NCBI GenBank assembly: GCA_026387355.1
Contig: JAPLLW010000012.1
Span: 1-60,611, forward strand
Direction of reading: 5' to 3'
Length of the DNA stretch: 60,611 bases
From: Candidatus Omnitrophota bacterium
GTDB taxonomy: Bacteria; Omnitrophota; Gorgyraeia; Gygaellales; Profunditerraquicolaceae
The translations under genes and the position numbers were made by a program. Below, one piece after another: positions 15,319 through 23,884 of the stretch (the stretch's first letter is position 1; each line of letters begins with the position of its first letter). The notes under the pieces are model-generated. The model was not told where the DNA came from, did not search any database, and saw nothing but the letters and a program-made list of their open reading frames with translations.

Positions 15319-16815
15319 ATGAAGACTTTAAAAGTTAACCTAGCAGATATTTTTTTAAGTGTTTGTTTTAGCGTTGTTATGTGCTTAAGCTTTGTCTCAT
15401 TCATCTACGCTGAAGGTTCGTATAATGACGAACCGGAACAAAGTTCGCAGTCTTATCAACAACCAGCCGCTGTTTCCTATCAGGACAACTCTAGTGCATA
15501 TAACTATGCTCCTACATATAACAATACACCTAACAATACACCTGATTTGAGCAATATAAGTAACAGTTTGATTATGCAGCCAAGCAGTAATTATCCGGGG
15601 ATTGATTCAGCAAACACACAAGTTTTAGGTTCTTCAGTAAACCAGCCGGCTAATGCCGTTGTTCAGAATTTTGTAACTAACCAGTTTTCAGGCGCAGATG
15701 TAGGCCAAGCTATCGGTCCGGCCGCGACATTAAATGATTCGACAGGCAGTAGCTATCCAGGGATGGGTGGTTTTTCTTTAATGGTAACTGAGGGTACGCC
15801 TGTTGGAAATACTAATTTAGTGAATGATATCAATATACCTTCCGGAAATGATATTATAGTTAACAATATGATCGCTGATGCTGCCAGAGAAGGCGGACCA
15901 CAATTCATTACTAAAGAAATGTTAAGTGACCCGGCTGCGCTCGAAATGTTAAGTAAAGCATGGTCCCCGAATGCAAGCAACCTATCTTCAGAAGTACAGC
16001 CGTTCACTAAAAATACACCTGTAGCTACTAATGATTGGTCAGAGATGCAACTTACCCCCATGTATGACAATTCACCCGGGATTAGCGCTCCTGTCGAAGT
16101 AGATAACATTATTAATCAAACCAAAGAAGTCTTAAATAATAGCGCTTTATCCGGATCAGAAAATCTAATACCTTGGTCGGAATCAAAACAGTATACCAGC
16201 CCTGAATCAGATATTTTTCCGCTTGGAACTGCTCCTCAAGAAAATCTTATATATAAGGTACTTGAGCCGATAGAGATCCCTTATCAAATACAAGCATCGC
16301 CAGTTGAGAAACAGCGAGAAATAATACAAGAAGCTCCCGCACAAGAGATTACTACCTCTTCTTATCCAGGGCTTGCCGGATTTGTCATTAGCTCTATGGT
16401 TACTGAAGCAGGAGATATCAACACAAATGGAGAAATTAATCCTAATCGCGGGCCTATACACCTAGACTCTAATAATGGCAATTGGGAAACTAATGAAGAA
16501 GACCAAAGAGCGATAGATTATTACTTCCATAATGATTATATTGATAATGGGAAGAACGCAGGTATAGAGAGTACCCCAGTTCTTAAGGATACTATGCCTG
16601 GGATGTCAATAGAAAGTAGCATAGTCCCTAAGGATGCTAATCCCGGGGTGTCAGAGGCAGGTCAAGCTATCGGTCCGTCAGCTCAGCAAGGGTTTCAAGG
16701 GTTTGACACAGCAGGGTGGGTACGTATTGATAATGAAGGGAATTTGCGAAATTCGCAAGGTATGATTACCGGACATACTACCGAGCGATTGATTGTGTTG
16801 CCTAAGGGTGAATAA
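15319..16815 (+). CDS. Secreted low-complexity (Asn/Ser/Pro-rich) protein with internal repeats
   Basis: ATG at 15319 follows GAGGAGGA. Signal peptide ends in IYAE. Repeats: SSYPGMGGFSLMVTEG / SSYPGLAGFVISSMVTEAG and GQAIGPAA / GQAIGPSA. Confidence 0.65.
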   Translation: MKTLKVNLADIFLSVCFSVVMCLSFVSFIYAEGSYNDEPEQSSQSYQQPAAVSYQDNSSAYNYAPTYNNTPNNTPDLSNISNSLIMQPSSNYPGIDSANTQVLGSSVNQPANAVVQNFVTNQFSGADVGQAIGPAATLNDSTGSSYPGMGGFSLMVTEGTPVGNTNLVNDINIPSGNDIIVNNMIADAAREGGPQFITKEMLSDPAALEMLSKAWSPNASNLSSEVQPFTKNTPVATNDWSEMQLTPMYDNSPGISAPVEVDNIINQTKEVLNNSALSGSENLIPWSESKQYTSPESDIFPLGTAPQENLIYKVLEPIEIPYQIQASPVEKQREIIQEAPAQEITTSSYPGLAGFVISSMVTEAGDINTNGEINPNRGPIHLDSNNGNWETNEEDQRAIDYYFHNDYIDNGKNAGIESTPVLKDTMPGMSIESSIVPKDANPGVSEAGQAIGPSAQQGFQGFDTAGWVRIDNEGNLRNSQGMITGHTTERLIVLPKGE

Positions 16816-16954
16816 GTAGTGTTAAGATAATTGTACGTTTTCGTATTGCGGCGCTCTGGAAATTGTTACGTGTCTTGGCATAACTTCTCGGTGTTGTTTC
16901 TGCATAACTTGGTTTATGATACCATAAACCCAGAGATTCGCGCTGTTAGCTGAT

Positions 16955-16990
16955 AAGGGGCATCCGTAACAAGGGCGCCCTTTTTGTTTG
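16955..16990 (+). terminator. Probable intrinsic terminator about 140 nt downstream of the 15319 gene
   Basis: AAGGGGC...GCGCCCTT imperfect stem followed by TTTTTGTTT. Confidence 0.45.
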
Positions 16991-17082
16991 CAATTTTAGG
17001 ATTTGTGATAGAATATGGGCATGGGCGGTTATAGTGTTTTATTTCTTTAGTAGCGTAGCATTGTATCAAAAAAGGAGGAGGA

Positions 17083-17478
17083 GTGGATAAAAAAATAGTA
17101 GTATTATTTATTGATGATGAGTTAGACTATGGTGCTTTAATTAAAGCTCATCTTCCAGCTATAGGTAATTTTGAAGTGGTTTGTGCCCATAACGGCAAAG
17201 AGGGTTTAAAGTTAGCCGGAAACATAAAACCCGATATTATTCTTCTCGATATAGTTATGCCTGACCTTGATGGTTTCGAGGTGCTTGAGAAATTAAAGAA
17301 GGACAATAAGACTATGGCGATTCCCGTGATTATGTTAAGCGGCTTGGATGATGATAATGTCCGGATAAAGGCATCTGGATTATATGACGAAGGATATATT
17401 ACCAAACCCGCCGATAGCTATCAGATAAAAGCCAAAATAGAGGAAACTCTGAAGATAAGAGGCGCTAGGCCAGCCTAA
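17083..17478 (+). CDS. Single-domain response regulator (CheY-like receiver)
   Basis: GTG start after AAGGAGGAGGA. VVLFIDDE..IILLDIVMPDLDG..TKP receiver motifs. Confidence 0.85.
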   Translation: MDKKIVVLFIDDELDYGALIKAHLPAIGNFEVVCAHNGKEGLKLAGNIKPDIILLDIVMPDLDGFEVLEKLKKDNKTMAIPVIMLSGLDDDNVRIKASGLYDEGYITKPADSYQIKAKIEETLKIRGARPA

Positions 17479-17565
17479 GGTTTTTCTTAATACAAAGTTG
17501 TATATAAGAGACTAGAAGATCTTAGGTTACTATAAATCGAAGGTTGCGTTAGGGGGTATGATGCA

Positions 17566-17880
17566 ATGAAGAAGTGCCCATTTTGCGCCGAAGAAATACA
17601 GGAAGAAGCAATATTGTGCAGATTCTGCGGGAAGGGGTTAGAGGGAAAATCTCAAGAGGTTAAATGGTATTTTAAAACTTATGGGATAGTTATTGCTTTT
17701 TTATGCGTAGGTCCATTAACTTTACCCCTAGTCTGGTTAAATCCTCGCTTTAGTCAAAAAACGAAGATAATTGTAACGATAATAATTATTATTTTAAGTT
17801 GGTATCTAGCTTCTTTATCTATTAATTCCCTGAAGTCGTTAAAACAATATTACGGATTAATTTCCCAGAATAATCTTTAA
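17566..17880 (+). CDS. Zinc-ribbon membrane protein
   Basis: [17 protein letters not shown] (CxxC..CxxC) followed by two hydrophobic helices. Confidence 0.6.
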   Translation: MKKCPFCAEEIQEEAILCRFCGKGLEGKSQEVKWYFKTYGIVIAFLCVGPLTLPLVWLNPRFSQKTKIIVTIIIIILSWYLASLSINSLKSLKQYYGLISQNNL

Positions 17881-17901
17881 TTATTATAAAGGAGGAAGTA
17901 A

Positions 17902-18024
17902 ATGAATGTTAAAGAGGTTGGTGAGAAATATAAGTGTTCTGTTTGTGGTAATGAAGTTACAGTAACTAAAGTAGGTGGAGGGGAGCTGGTTTGTTGCGGT
18001 AAGCCAATGAATAAACAAAAATAA
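17902..18024 (+). CDS. Desulforedoxin-like 40-aa protein (not in the ORF track)
   Basis: ATG lies 6 nt after [46 protein letters not shown] matches the desulforedoxin pattern YKCxxCGxxVxV..GGGxLVCCGxxM. Followed by a terminator. Confidence 0.75.
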   Translation: MNVKEVGEKYKCSVCGNEVTVTKVGGGELVCCGKPMNKQK

Positions 18025-18066
18025 AGTAAGGATGTAGTTTTGTTCATATCTTGATTAACCCGCTAA

Positions 18067-18097
18067 GTTAGTTTAGCGGGTTTTTTTGTTGATTTGG
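18067..18097 (+). terminator. Rho-independent terminator
   Basis: AACCCGCTAA (18067-18076) pairs with TTAGCGGGTT (18083-18092), followed by T7. Confidence 0.85.
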
Positions 18098-18165
18098 GTG
18101 ATGGTCAGGAGTATAATTGTTTTGCTAATAAATTCGGAGGATAGCTGTTGCTAAGAGGGGGAATT

Positions 18166-18642
18166 ATGAAATATGCCAGGAAGATGAAATATGTTAAGCC
18201 GTACACAGCAACAGATGCCTTGGAAATAGCTCTTGAAAAAGAGAAAACCGCATATAAATTCTATGATCAGCTGCTTAAAGATGCAAAGGAGTTCAAGCTG
18301 GTATCCGTAGTAAAGAAGCTGCGAGATTCCGAAGGGGTGCATGTTAAGATTATACAAAGAATGCTTGAGAATAAGAAAAGTGGTGCAGAAGATATCAAGA
18401 TAGATAAAAGGATAAAATATGCTACAAAAGAAAGTTATAATAAGCCTAAAACCTTTGAAGAAGCGTTAGAGCTTGCTTTGGTAAGAGAAAAGTCCGCAGC
18501 AGATTTTTATTGCCATTTTTATCGTCAACTGTTTGGTAATTCGGAAAGTTTATACCTACTGGTTGTATTAAAGAAGCTAAGTTATATGGAGAAAGCGCAT
18601 ATTAAGATTGTTGAGCGCATGTTGAAAAATAAAGTTTTTTAG
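18166..18642 (+). CDS. Rubrerythrin/ferritin-like di-iron four-helix-bundle protein (duplicated half-domains)
   Basis: Two repeats of A.E.A...EK.A..FY ... L...E..H.KI..RML (the E...ExxH pattern twice). ATG at 18166 follows AGAGGGGG. Confidence 0.55.
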   Translation: MKYARKMKYVKPYTATDALEIALEKEKTAYKFYDQLLKDAKEFKLVSVVKKLRDSEGVHVKIIQRMLENKKSGAEDIKIDKRIKYATKESYNKPKTFEEALELALVREKSAADFYCHFYRQLFGNSESLYLLVVLKKLSYMEKAHIKIVERMLKNKVF

Positions 18643-18665
18643 GATTATTAAATCAAGGAGGCAAG

Positions 18666-19028
18666 ATGGGACAAAACGAGAAGAAGCGGAGTGGCTGCTT
18701 AACGGTTTTCTTAATCCTAATGCTTATCGCAAATGCATTAGTAACCTTGCTCTATATTTTTGGTCCTTTTTTTGTAAGACAAACTCTTCCTAATTATCCG
18801 GCCTGGGGGATTCCGATTCTAACAATTTTGTGTATTCTAAACATCGTATTTGCTGTTGCTGTTTTTAAATGGAAAAAGTGGGGCGTCTACGGGTTTGGTG
18901 CTAATTCCATAATAGCCTTTTCGATAAATTTAATTACAGGTGTCCCGTTTTTCTCCGCCTTGATCGGGTTTCTTGGAATAATTATACTTGTGTTATTGGT
19001 TCGTCCAGTATGGAATTGTCTTGAGTAG
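18666..19028 (+). CDS. Hypothetical polytopic membrane protein
   Basis: Preceded by AAGGAGG. Three to four hydrophobic helices. Confidence 0.55.
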   Translation: MGQNEKKRSGCLTVFLILMLIANALVTLLYIFGPFFVRQTLPNYPAWGIPILTILCILNIVFAVAVFKWKKWGVYGFGANSIIAFSINLITGVPFFSALIGFLGIIILVLLVRPVWNCLE

Positions 19029-19106
19029 AATCTTTATAGCTAAACGAAAGGGATATAATCTATTCTCGGAAGGCCAAAGGTTTGTTTATATAAAAGGAGA
19101 GATCAT

Positions 19107-19481
19107 ATGAAGACTTACAAGTTATTAGCTATGTGGGTTTGTTTACTGCTGATTTTCTCTCAATCGGGTTGTGCTACTGCCGGGAATAGCAGTCCTCTGC
19201 AAAATCTTAAAATCGGTATGAGTAAAGATGAAGTTCGCCTTTTAGCAGGTAACCCCGACACAATAAAACAAGCAACAAAAAACAATACTGGTAAAAACAT
19301 CGAATCCTGGACGTATTCTCTTAAGACCGAAGAATATCTGCTTCGCTTTAAAGATGATAACCTAGCTTGGTGGGGGGAGAAACAAGATTGGATAATGTCA
19401 TCAGATTATAGCGGGGAAACACTACAGGAAGAAGAGGGTATTCGAGACACAACCGGATTGGAAGAAACTATAAACGATTAA
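19107..19481 (+). CDS. Lipoprotein
   Basis: Signal peptide with lipobox-like FSQSGC. Preceded by AAAGGAGAG. Confidence 0.6.
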   Translation: MKTYKLLAMWVCLLLIFSQSGCATAGNSSPLQNLKIGMSKDEVRLLAGNPDTIKQATKNNTGKNIESWTYSLKTEEYLLRFKDDNLAWWGEKQDWIMSSDYSGETLQEEEGIRDTTGLEETIND

Positions 19482-19618
19482 AGTATTGAAGATTAAATTT
19501 ATGTTTGAGCAAATCATAAAGCATAAGTATTTTTTTCATATTGTAACATTAATGGTTATTCTATCCGTAACTATTTTATTTATTATCTTTAGCGGAACTC
19601 AAAATTAGAAAGCTAAAG

Positions 19619-20206
19619 ATGGCAATCAGAATCAAGCCACCTGTAAAGTTTAGAATAGATCAACCAATGAAAGAAGGGATATTCTTAGCCGTATTTATTT
19701 TTTCCTGCTTCTTTTTTACTTATGCTGAAGAAGATTATTCCGCTAGCTATTCGGAGGTTGCCGCTTCTGGTTCGGCTATTGAATCTACATATGCAGATAC
19801 CGCAGCTTACTTGGAATCACAATATGCCAATGAATCAGTTAATCCTTCTGCCTGGGCGGTTGAAGCCTCTTCCTCAGGAGACGGTGGTAATGATTATGGC
19901 GCAAGTTATTCGGAAATCATTTCGTCCAACGCTACTATAAATGCAATGTATTCTGATATAGTAGCTAGGCATGAAGCTCAATTCGCCAACGAATCTATCC
20001 TACCGGCTTATTGGGGGGCAGGTTCTGTTGATGACCAAAGTGAATATGATCATTATATAGATCTTACCCCGCGCTCTAATGTAGATTTAAGAAATGTTGC
20101 TATCCCGCCGGTTTTAAGGAAGAGCGAGTCTTCTGAGGGTGAGGAAAAACCTTTTACGGAAAAAGATCAGGATACTAAAAAGGCTTCAGAAGAAGATAAC
20201 AAATAA
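19619..20206 (+). CDS. Secreted acidic protein with an internal duplication
   Basis: DYSASYSEVAASGSAIESTYADTAAYLESQYANESVNPSAW is repeated as DYGASYSEIISSNATINAMYSDIVARHEAQFANESILPAYW. Signal peptide ends in TYAE. The start may be 19667. Confidence 0.5.
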   Translation: MAIRIKPPVKFRIDQPMKEGIFLAVFIFSCFFFTYAEEDYSASYSEVAASGSAIESTYADTAAYLESQYANESVNPSAWAVEASSSGDGGNDYGASYSEIISSNATINAMYSDIVARHEAQFANESILPAYWGAGSVDDQSEYDHYIDLTPRSNVDLRNVAIPPVLRKSESSEGEEKPFTEKDQDTKKASEEDNK

Positions 20207-20231
20207 AATCTTTTTATGAAAGGAAAGAAAG

Positions 20232-20618
20232 ATGTTTAAAAGAAAAGGTAATGCAGTTTTACAGTATGGGATTCTAGTAGCTCTGGTAATTTCCACGTTA
20301 CTTATTATGCAGGCGTTTATTAAAAGAGGATACCAGGGCTCATTAAAGGCATCCGCTAACAGAATTGGAGAGCAATTCTCTACGAGTTCAGAGACTATAA
20401 AAACAGAGCAGACCTTGTCTGAGGAGGGGCAGGTTATTGATACACACGTTCTTCCTGCTGATAAGCCGGGAGTCTACACTTGGAATACTAATACTGGCGC
20501 AGAAGTAACCGTTGTTACTCAGGCCAAGTCAGGGATTCTTAGCAAAGAGAAGGCAAGGTTAGATGATTATGCAACGGATGCTTTAAGCGGGAACATAACT
20601 GACCCAGATCTTCCATAA
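20232..20618 (+). CDS. Flp/class-III-signal-like prepilin with an extended C-terminal domain
   Basis: MFKRKGNAVLQYGILVALVISTLL resembles the Flp motif G-x-T-A-I-E-Y-G-L-I-A-A-L-I, with Q in place of E. Total length is 128 aa. Confidence 0.45.
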   Translation: MFKRKGNAVLQYGILVALVISTLLIMQAFIKRGYQGSLKASANRIGEQFSTSSETIKTEQTLSEEGQVIDTHVLPADKPGVYTWNTNTGAEVTVVTQAKSGILSKEKARLDDYATDALSGNITDPDLP

Positions 20619-20683
20619 TAAACAGTAAATATTGATTTAATGAATAAATTATCATAGTATTTTAAGAGGAGTAAAGAAGAATT

Positions 20684-20974
20684 ATGGGCAAAAAATCTTA
20701 TGCATTAGTTTGCATAATTGTCTTTTGGGTTTGTTTTATCGTAGCAGCTTATGCTACAGCGGAGAATATTTCTAAGCCTGCTTCGGCTACTTCAGTAAAG
20801 CCAACCTTGCCTGTTACAAAATCAGATCCTGTTTTAAATTCAAAGAAGGATAAGGGCAATATAAAACACCACACTGCGGTTAAGAAGAAAAGCAGCGATA
20901 AGTCTGGCAAGTTAACAAAGGTTAAGTGGAAGGTAAAGCCCATGAGGAATGAATATAGCAAGAGAGGTTGGTAA
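20684..20974 (+). CDS. Small secreted Lys-rich protein
   Basis: Signal peptide followed by a basic low-complexity tail. Preceded by AGAGGAG. Confidence 0.45.
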   Translation: MGKKSYALVCIIVFWVCFIVAAYATAENISKPASATSVKPTLPVTKSDPVLNSKKDKGNIKHHTAVKKKSSDKSGKLTKVKWKVKPMRNEYSKRGW

Positions 20975-21033
20975 TCAAGCGTTGACGATAATAATATTAT
21001 AATTGCTTATAATGTGCTAGAATAAATTTAGAG

Positions 21034-21387
21034 ATGGATAACCAACGTAAGCAAATTAGAATTAATAAGTTTGTAACTGTTGGTTATTATCAGCTAAGGG
21101 GTTTTCTTCGTTCCTCTTGTCACAGTAGAGATGTTTCAATAACTGGGATTAGGTTAGCTAGTTTTCAGAGATTTGAGCCTAAGATTGTTCTAAAACTGCA
21201 GATTAATTTACGGGATGATTTTAAGCCTGTTGAGGCCGTAGGAGAGGTGGTCTGGTTAAAAGATACCAAGGATAGGAGTTTTCCTTACGATATTGGATTA
21301 AAGTTTATTAAAATTAATGCGGATGCAAGTAAAAAGATCGGCGATTATATTAAAGAAATGATAGAAAAAGAAGGGATAAGAGCTTAA
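21034..21387 (+). CDS. PilZ domain protein (candidate c-di-GMP receptor)
   Basis: RKQIR (RxxxR) and DVSITGIRL (DxSxxG) motifs in a 117-aa protein. Confidence 0.65.
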   Translation: MDNQRKQIRINKFVTVGYYQLRGFLRSSCHSRDVSITGIRLASFQRFEPKIVLKLQINLRDDFKPVEAVGEVVWLKDTKDRSFPYDIGLKFIKINADASKKIGDYIKEMIEKEGIRA

Positions 21388-21402
21388 GAAGTCTAAATTA
21401 AA

Positions 21403-21942
21403 ATGAAGAAAATCATTAGTTTGTTTATTGCGATAATTTTAGTATCTGGTTGTGCCCATCGCGCCCCAAGGCAGAAGATTGTTCCGGATAAACCTTACGA
21501 AAGTCCGACAGTTTATAATTTCAAAAGTACGGATAAGGATAAAGCTAAAGTATTCCAAACTATGGGTATGGATTACTTGAGTCAAAGAGAATTAATGCAA
21601 GCCCAGACTTATTTGAAGAAGGCGCTTAAGCTCGATCATACTCTTTACAAATCGTGGTTTTGCTTAGGTCTATTAAATATGGATAGCCAAGACGGCTACG
21701 ATTATCTACAAAAATCAATAGAATGTAAGCCGGATTTTGTAACTCCTTATTATTGGATGGCTTATTACCATTGCCGTTTAGGGCAAGACCAGAAAGCAAT
21801 CGCATTATTTAGGAAATACATTGAGTTGGCTAAAAATGAGCCGGGTGAGGACGAAAGGTTAAGTTCAGCTAAACAAGTTTTAAAAGAGTTGCTTAGTGGA
21901 AAAGATGGCGAGCTTTTGAAGACGATAAGGAGTCCTAAATAA
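21403..21942 (+). CDS. TPR-repeat lipoprotein
   Basis: Lipobox LVSGC. TPR-like segments (AQTYLKKALKLDHTLYKSWFCLGL, YYWMAYYHCRLGQDQKAIALFRKYIE). Confidence 0.7.
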   Translation: MKKIISLFIAIILVSGCAHRAPRQKIVPDKPYESPTVYNFKSTDKDKAKVFQTMGMDYLSQRELMQAQTYLKKALKLDHTLYKSWFCLGLLNMDSQDGYDYLQKSIECKPDFVTPYYWMAYYHCRLGQDQKAIALFRKYIELAKNEPGEDERLSSAKQVLKELLSGKDGELLKTIRSPK

Positions 21943-21943
21943 T

Positions 21944-22195
21944 ATGCGCAATAGACTTAAAAAAATCGAATACCTGAATATTATTCTTACAGCTATTCTT
22001 ATTCTATTATTTTTGTTTTCTTTTCTTATGATCAGATTGCAACTGCCTTTAATTGAATTAAACAAGAACCTTAAGGTCTTAACTGAATCAAATAATATGA
22101 TAATAAGCCTTCAGCAGCGCCTAGAGAAGACTACTTTGGAGCTTAAGGATCAAATTGAGCTGTTTAACAGCAAATTTGTGAAAAAGAAGAAATAA
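21944..22195 (+). CDS. Small membrane-anchored coiled-coil protein
   Basis: One TM helix. Start overlaps the upstream stop (TAATATG context). Confidence 0.4.
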   Translation: MRNRLKKIEYLNIILTAILILLFLFSFLMIRLQLPLIELNKNLKVLTESNNMIISLQQRLEKTTLELKDQIELFNSKFVKKKK

Positions 22196-22196
22196 G

Positions 22197-22424
22197 ATGA
22201 CTATCATCCAAAGATGGTTTTTAATTATTGCTTTATGGGCGTTAATTTTGATTACGGCTTTCGGTTTTTACTGGTTTTATATAAGGCCGGCAAGAATCAG
22301 GCAGATATGCACTAAAGAGGCGAATCAGGCCTGCGCAGAGATCAAATCCAGCCTAAATAATATGCTCGAGGTTAATCAGGCGGTTTACGCACATTGCTTA
22401 AGGCGTAACGGCATAGAGAAATAA
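22197..22424 (+). CDS. Small membrane protein
   Basis: One TM helix. Tightly packed with its neighbours. Confidence 0.4.
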   Translation: MTIIQRWFLIIALWALILITAFGFYWFYIRPARIRQICTKEANQACAEIKSSLNNMLEVNQAVYAHCLRRNGIEK

Positions 22425-22432
22425 TTAATTTC

Positions 22433-22783
22433 ATGAATAATAAGGGCGATAGCGCTGCGAAGGACTTAATTTTAATTGGTATCTCTACAGTTTTTGTATT
22501 TATCCTCTCCTATTTCTTCAATGTCTTTTATTTCTTAGTTGACGTTATTAACAAAAACCCACGCGTGATAACCTATGTTGATGAAATCGTTACGGTCTTG
22601 TTAACGCTTTCTATAAGTTTAGCTATTTTCTCTTGGCGCAGATGGATTAGTTTAAAGAAAGAGACTTTCAGGCGAATCAAGTTGCAGGAAGAGCTTATTA
22701 GAATAGCTAATACAAAAGCAGAAACCGAACGAATTGTTAATAAACAGCTCAGTAGCGAAATTGAGTTGCGTAAGATGATGTAG
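22433..22783 (+). CDS. Membrane protein with C-terminal coiled coil
   Basis: Two TM helices followed by a charged helical tail. Confidence 0.4.
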   Translation: MNNKGDSAAKDLILIGISTVFVFILSYFFNVFYFLVDVINKNPRVITYVDEIVTVLLTLSISLAIFSWRRWISLKKETFRRIKLQEELIRIANTKAETERIVNKQLSSEIELRKMM

Positions 22784-22821
22784 GGGTTATTTATGCGCTT
22801 CGATATTAAGAATAGATTTAT

Positions 22822-23217
22822 ATGAGCAAAGAGTTAAAGTTTCTAAGTTTGTGGTTACCTGCTTTTGCCTGGGCAGGTTGCATTTTCTTTTTTTCAAGCA
22901 TCCCCGACTTAAAATCTAATCTTGAGTATGATTTTGTTCTTAGAAAAATAGCACATATGCTCGAGTATTTAATTCTGACTTTTCTTTTACATAGAGCACT
23001 TAAGGGCTCATTTAAAATCAGCTCCTTTATACTTTTCATCTATCCGGCAGGCGCATCATTTTTATATGCTATTTCGGATGAAATCCATCAGTTATTTGTT
23101 CCGGGGAGAAGCTGTTCTGTTTTGGATATCTTGATCGACACTGTCGGTATTTTGGGATTTTATATTATAATTAATTTCTTTAAGATATGGGAAAGAGCAA
23201 GGTTGCGCATAGGCTAA
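22822..23217 (+). CDS. VanZ-like family membrane protein
   Basis: LRKIAHMLEYLILTFLL and DEIHQLFVPGRSCSVLDILIDTVG are typical VanZ motifs. Confidence 0.75.
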   Translation: MSKELKFLSLWLPAFAWAGCIFFFSSIPDLKSNLEYDFVLRKIAHMLEYLILTFLLHRALKGSFKISSFILFIYPAGASFLYAISDEIHQLFVPGRSCSVLDILIDTVGILGFYIIINFFKIWERARLRIG

Positions 23218-23220
23218 CTA

Positions 23221-23475
23221 ATGGGCAAGATTAAATTAGATATGCACGGAATTTTTAACAACCAAGAGGCAATTGATAGAGAGTTGCGTAGAGTCATTGA
23301 TCAGGCTGTGCTTAAAAAGATTTCTTTGATAGAGATAATCCCAGGTAAAGGGAGCGGTCAGTTAAAAAAGCATGTTTTACGATTTCTGGAAGAGCCTAGT
23401 GTTAAAAGGCTTTATCATCGTATAGAAAAAGACGATAAGAATTTTGGTAGAATTTTTGTACATTTTAGGTTTTAA
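23221..23475 (+). CDS. Smr domain protein
   Basis: LDMHG...LIEIIPGKGSGQLKKHVLRFLE matches the Smr/MutS2 C-terminal pattern (DLHG, HGxG). Confidence 0.7.
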   Translation: MGKIKLDMHGIFNNQEAIDRELRRVIDQAVLKKISLIEIIPGKGSGQLKKHVLRFLEEPSVKRLYHRIEKDDKNFGRIFVHFRF

Positions 23476-23518
23476 GATAAAGTTAATCTTAACTTTTAAG
23501 CATTAATCAGGAGGTAAG

Positions 23519-23884
23519 ATGTTTGAACGATATCACGAGCCCTTATTGAATCGTGCAGCTTTTATCATGCGCATGCTACGCTGCATGTCTATTGCCTTCG
23601 CCGTTTTATTTTTAACTATTTTCTTCGGTACGTTAGTTTTCCATTACGTAGAGAAGCTTTTTTGGATTGATGCGTTCCTGAATTCAGTATTAATTATGAC
23701 TGGTCTGGGTTTAGTGGGTGTTTTAAACACGTCTTTTGGAAAGCTATTTGCTGCTTTTTACTCTTTATTCAGTGCATTAGCTTTTTACTCGGTTCTAGCG
23801 ATCATTTTCACACCGCTTTTACATCGCCTATTCCATCATTTTCATCTAGATATGGAGATTAAAAGGCGAAATACATATGCATAA
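23519..23884 (+). CDS. Hypothetical membrane protein (ion-channel-like two or three TM helices)
   Basis: Preceded by CAGGAGG. Hydrophobic; no selectivity-filter motif recognised. Confidence 0.45.
   Translation: MFERYHEPLLNRAAFIMRMLRCMSIAFAVLFLTIFFGTLVFHYVEKLFWIDAFLNSVLIMTGLGLVGVLNTSFGKLFAAFYSLFSALAFYSVLAIIFTPLLHRLFHHFHLDMEIKRRNTYA

Noticed and set aside
19501-19608. 35-aa hydrophobic micro-ORF (MFEQIIKHKYFFHIVTLMVILSVTILFIIFSGTQN)
   Set aside because: No recognisable ribosome-binding site and no conservation evidence is available. It could be real but is unsupported.
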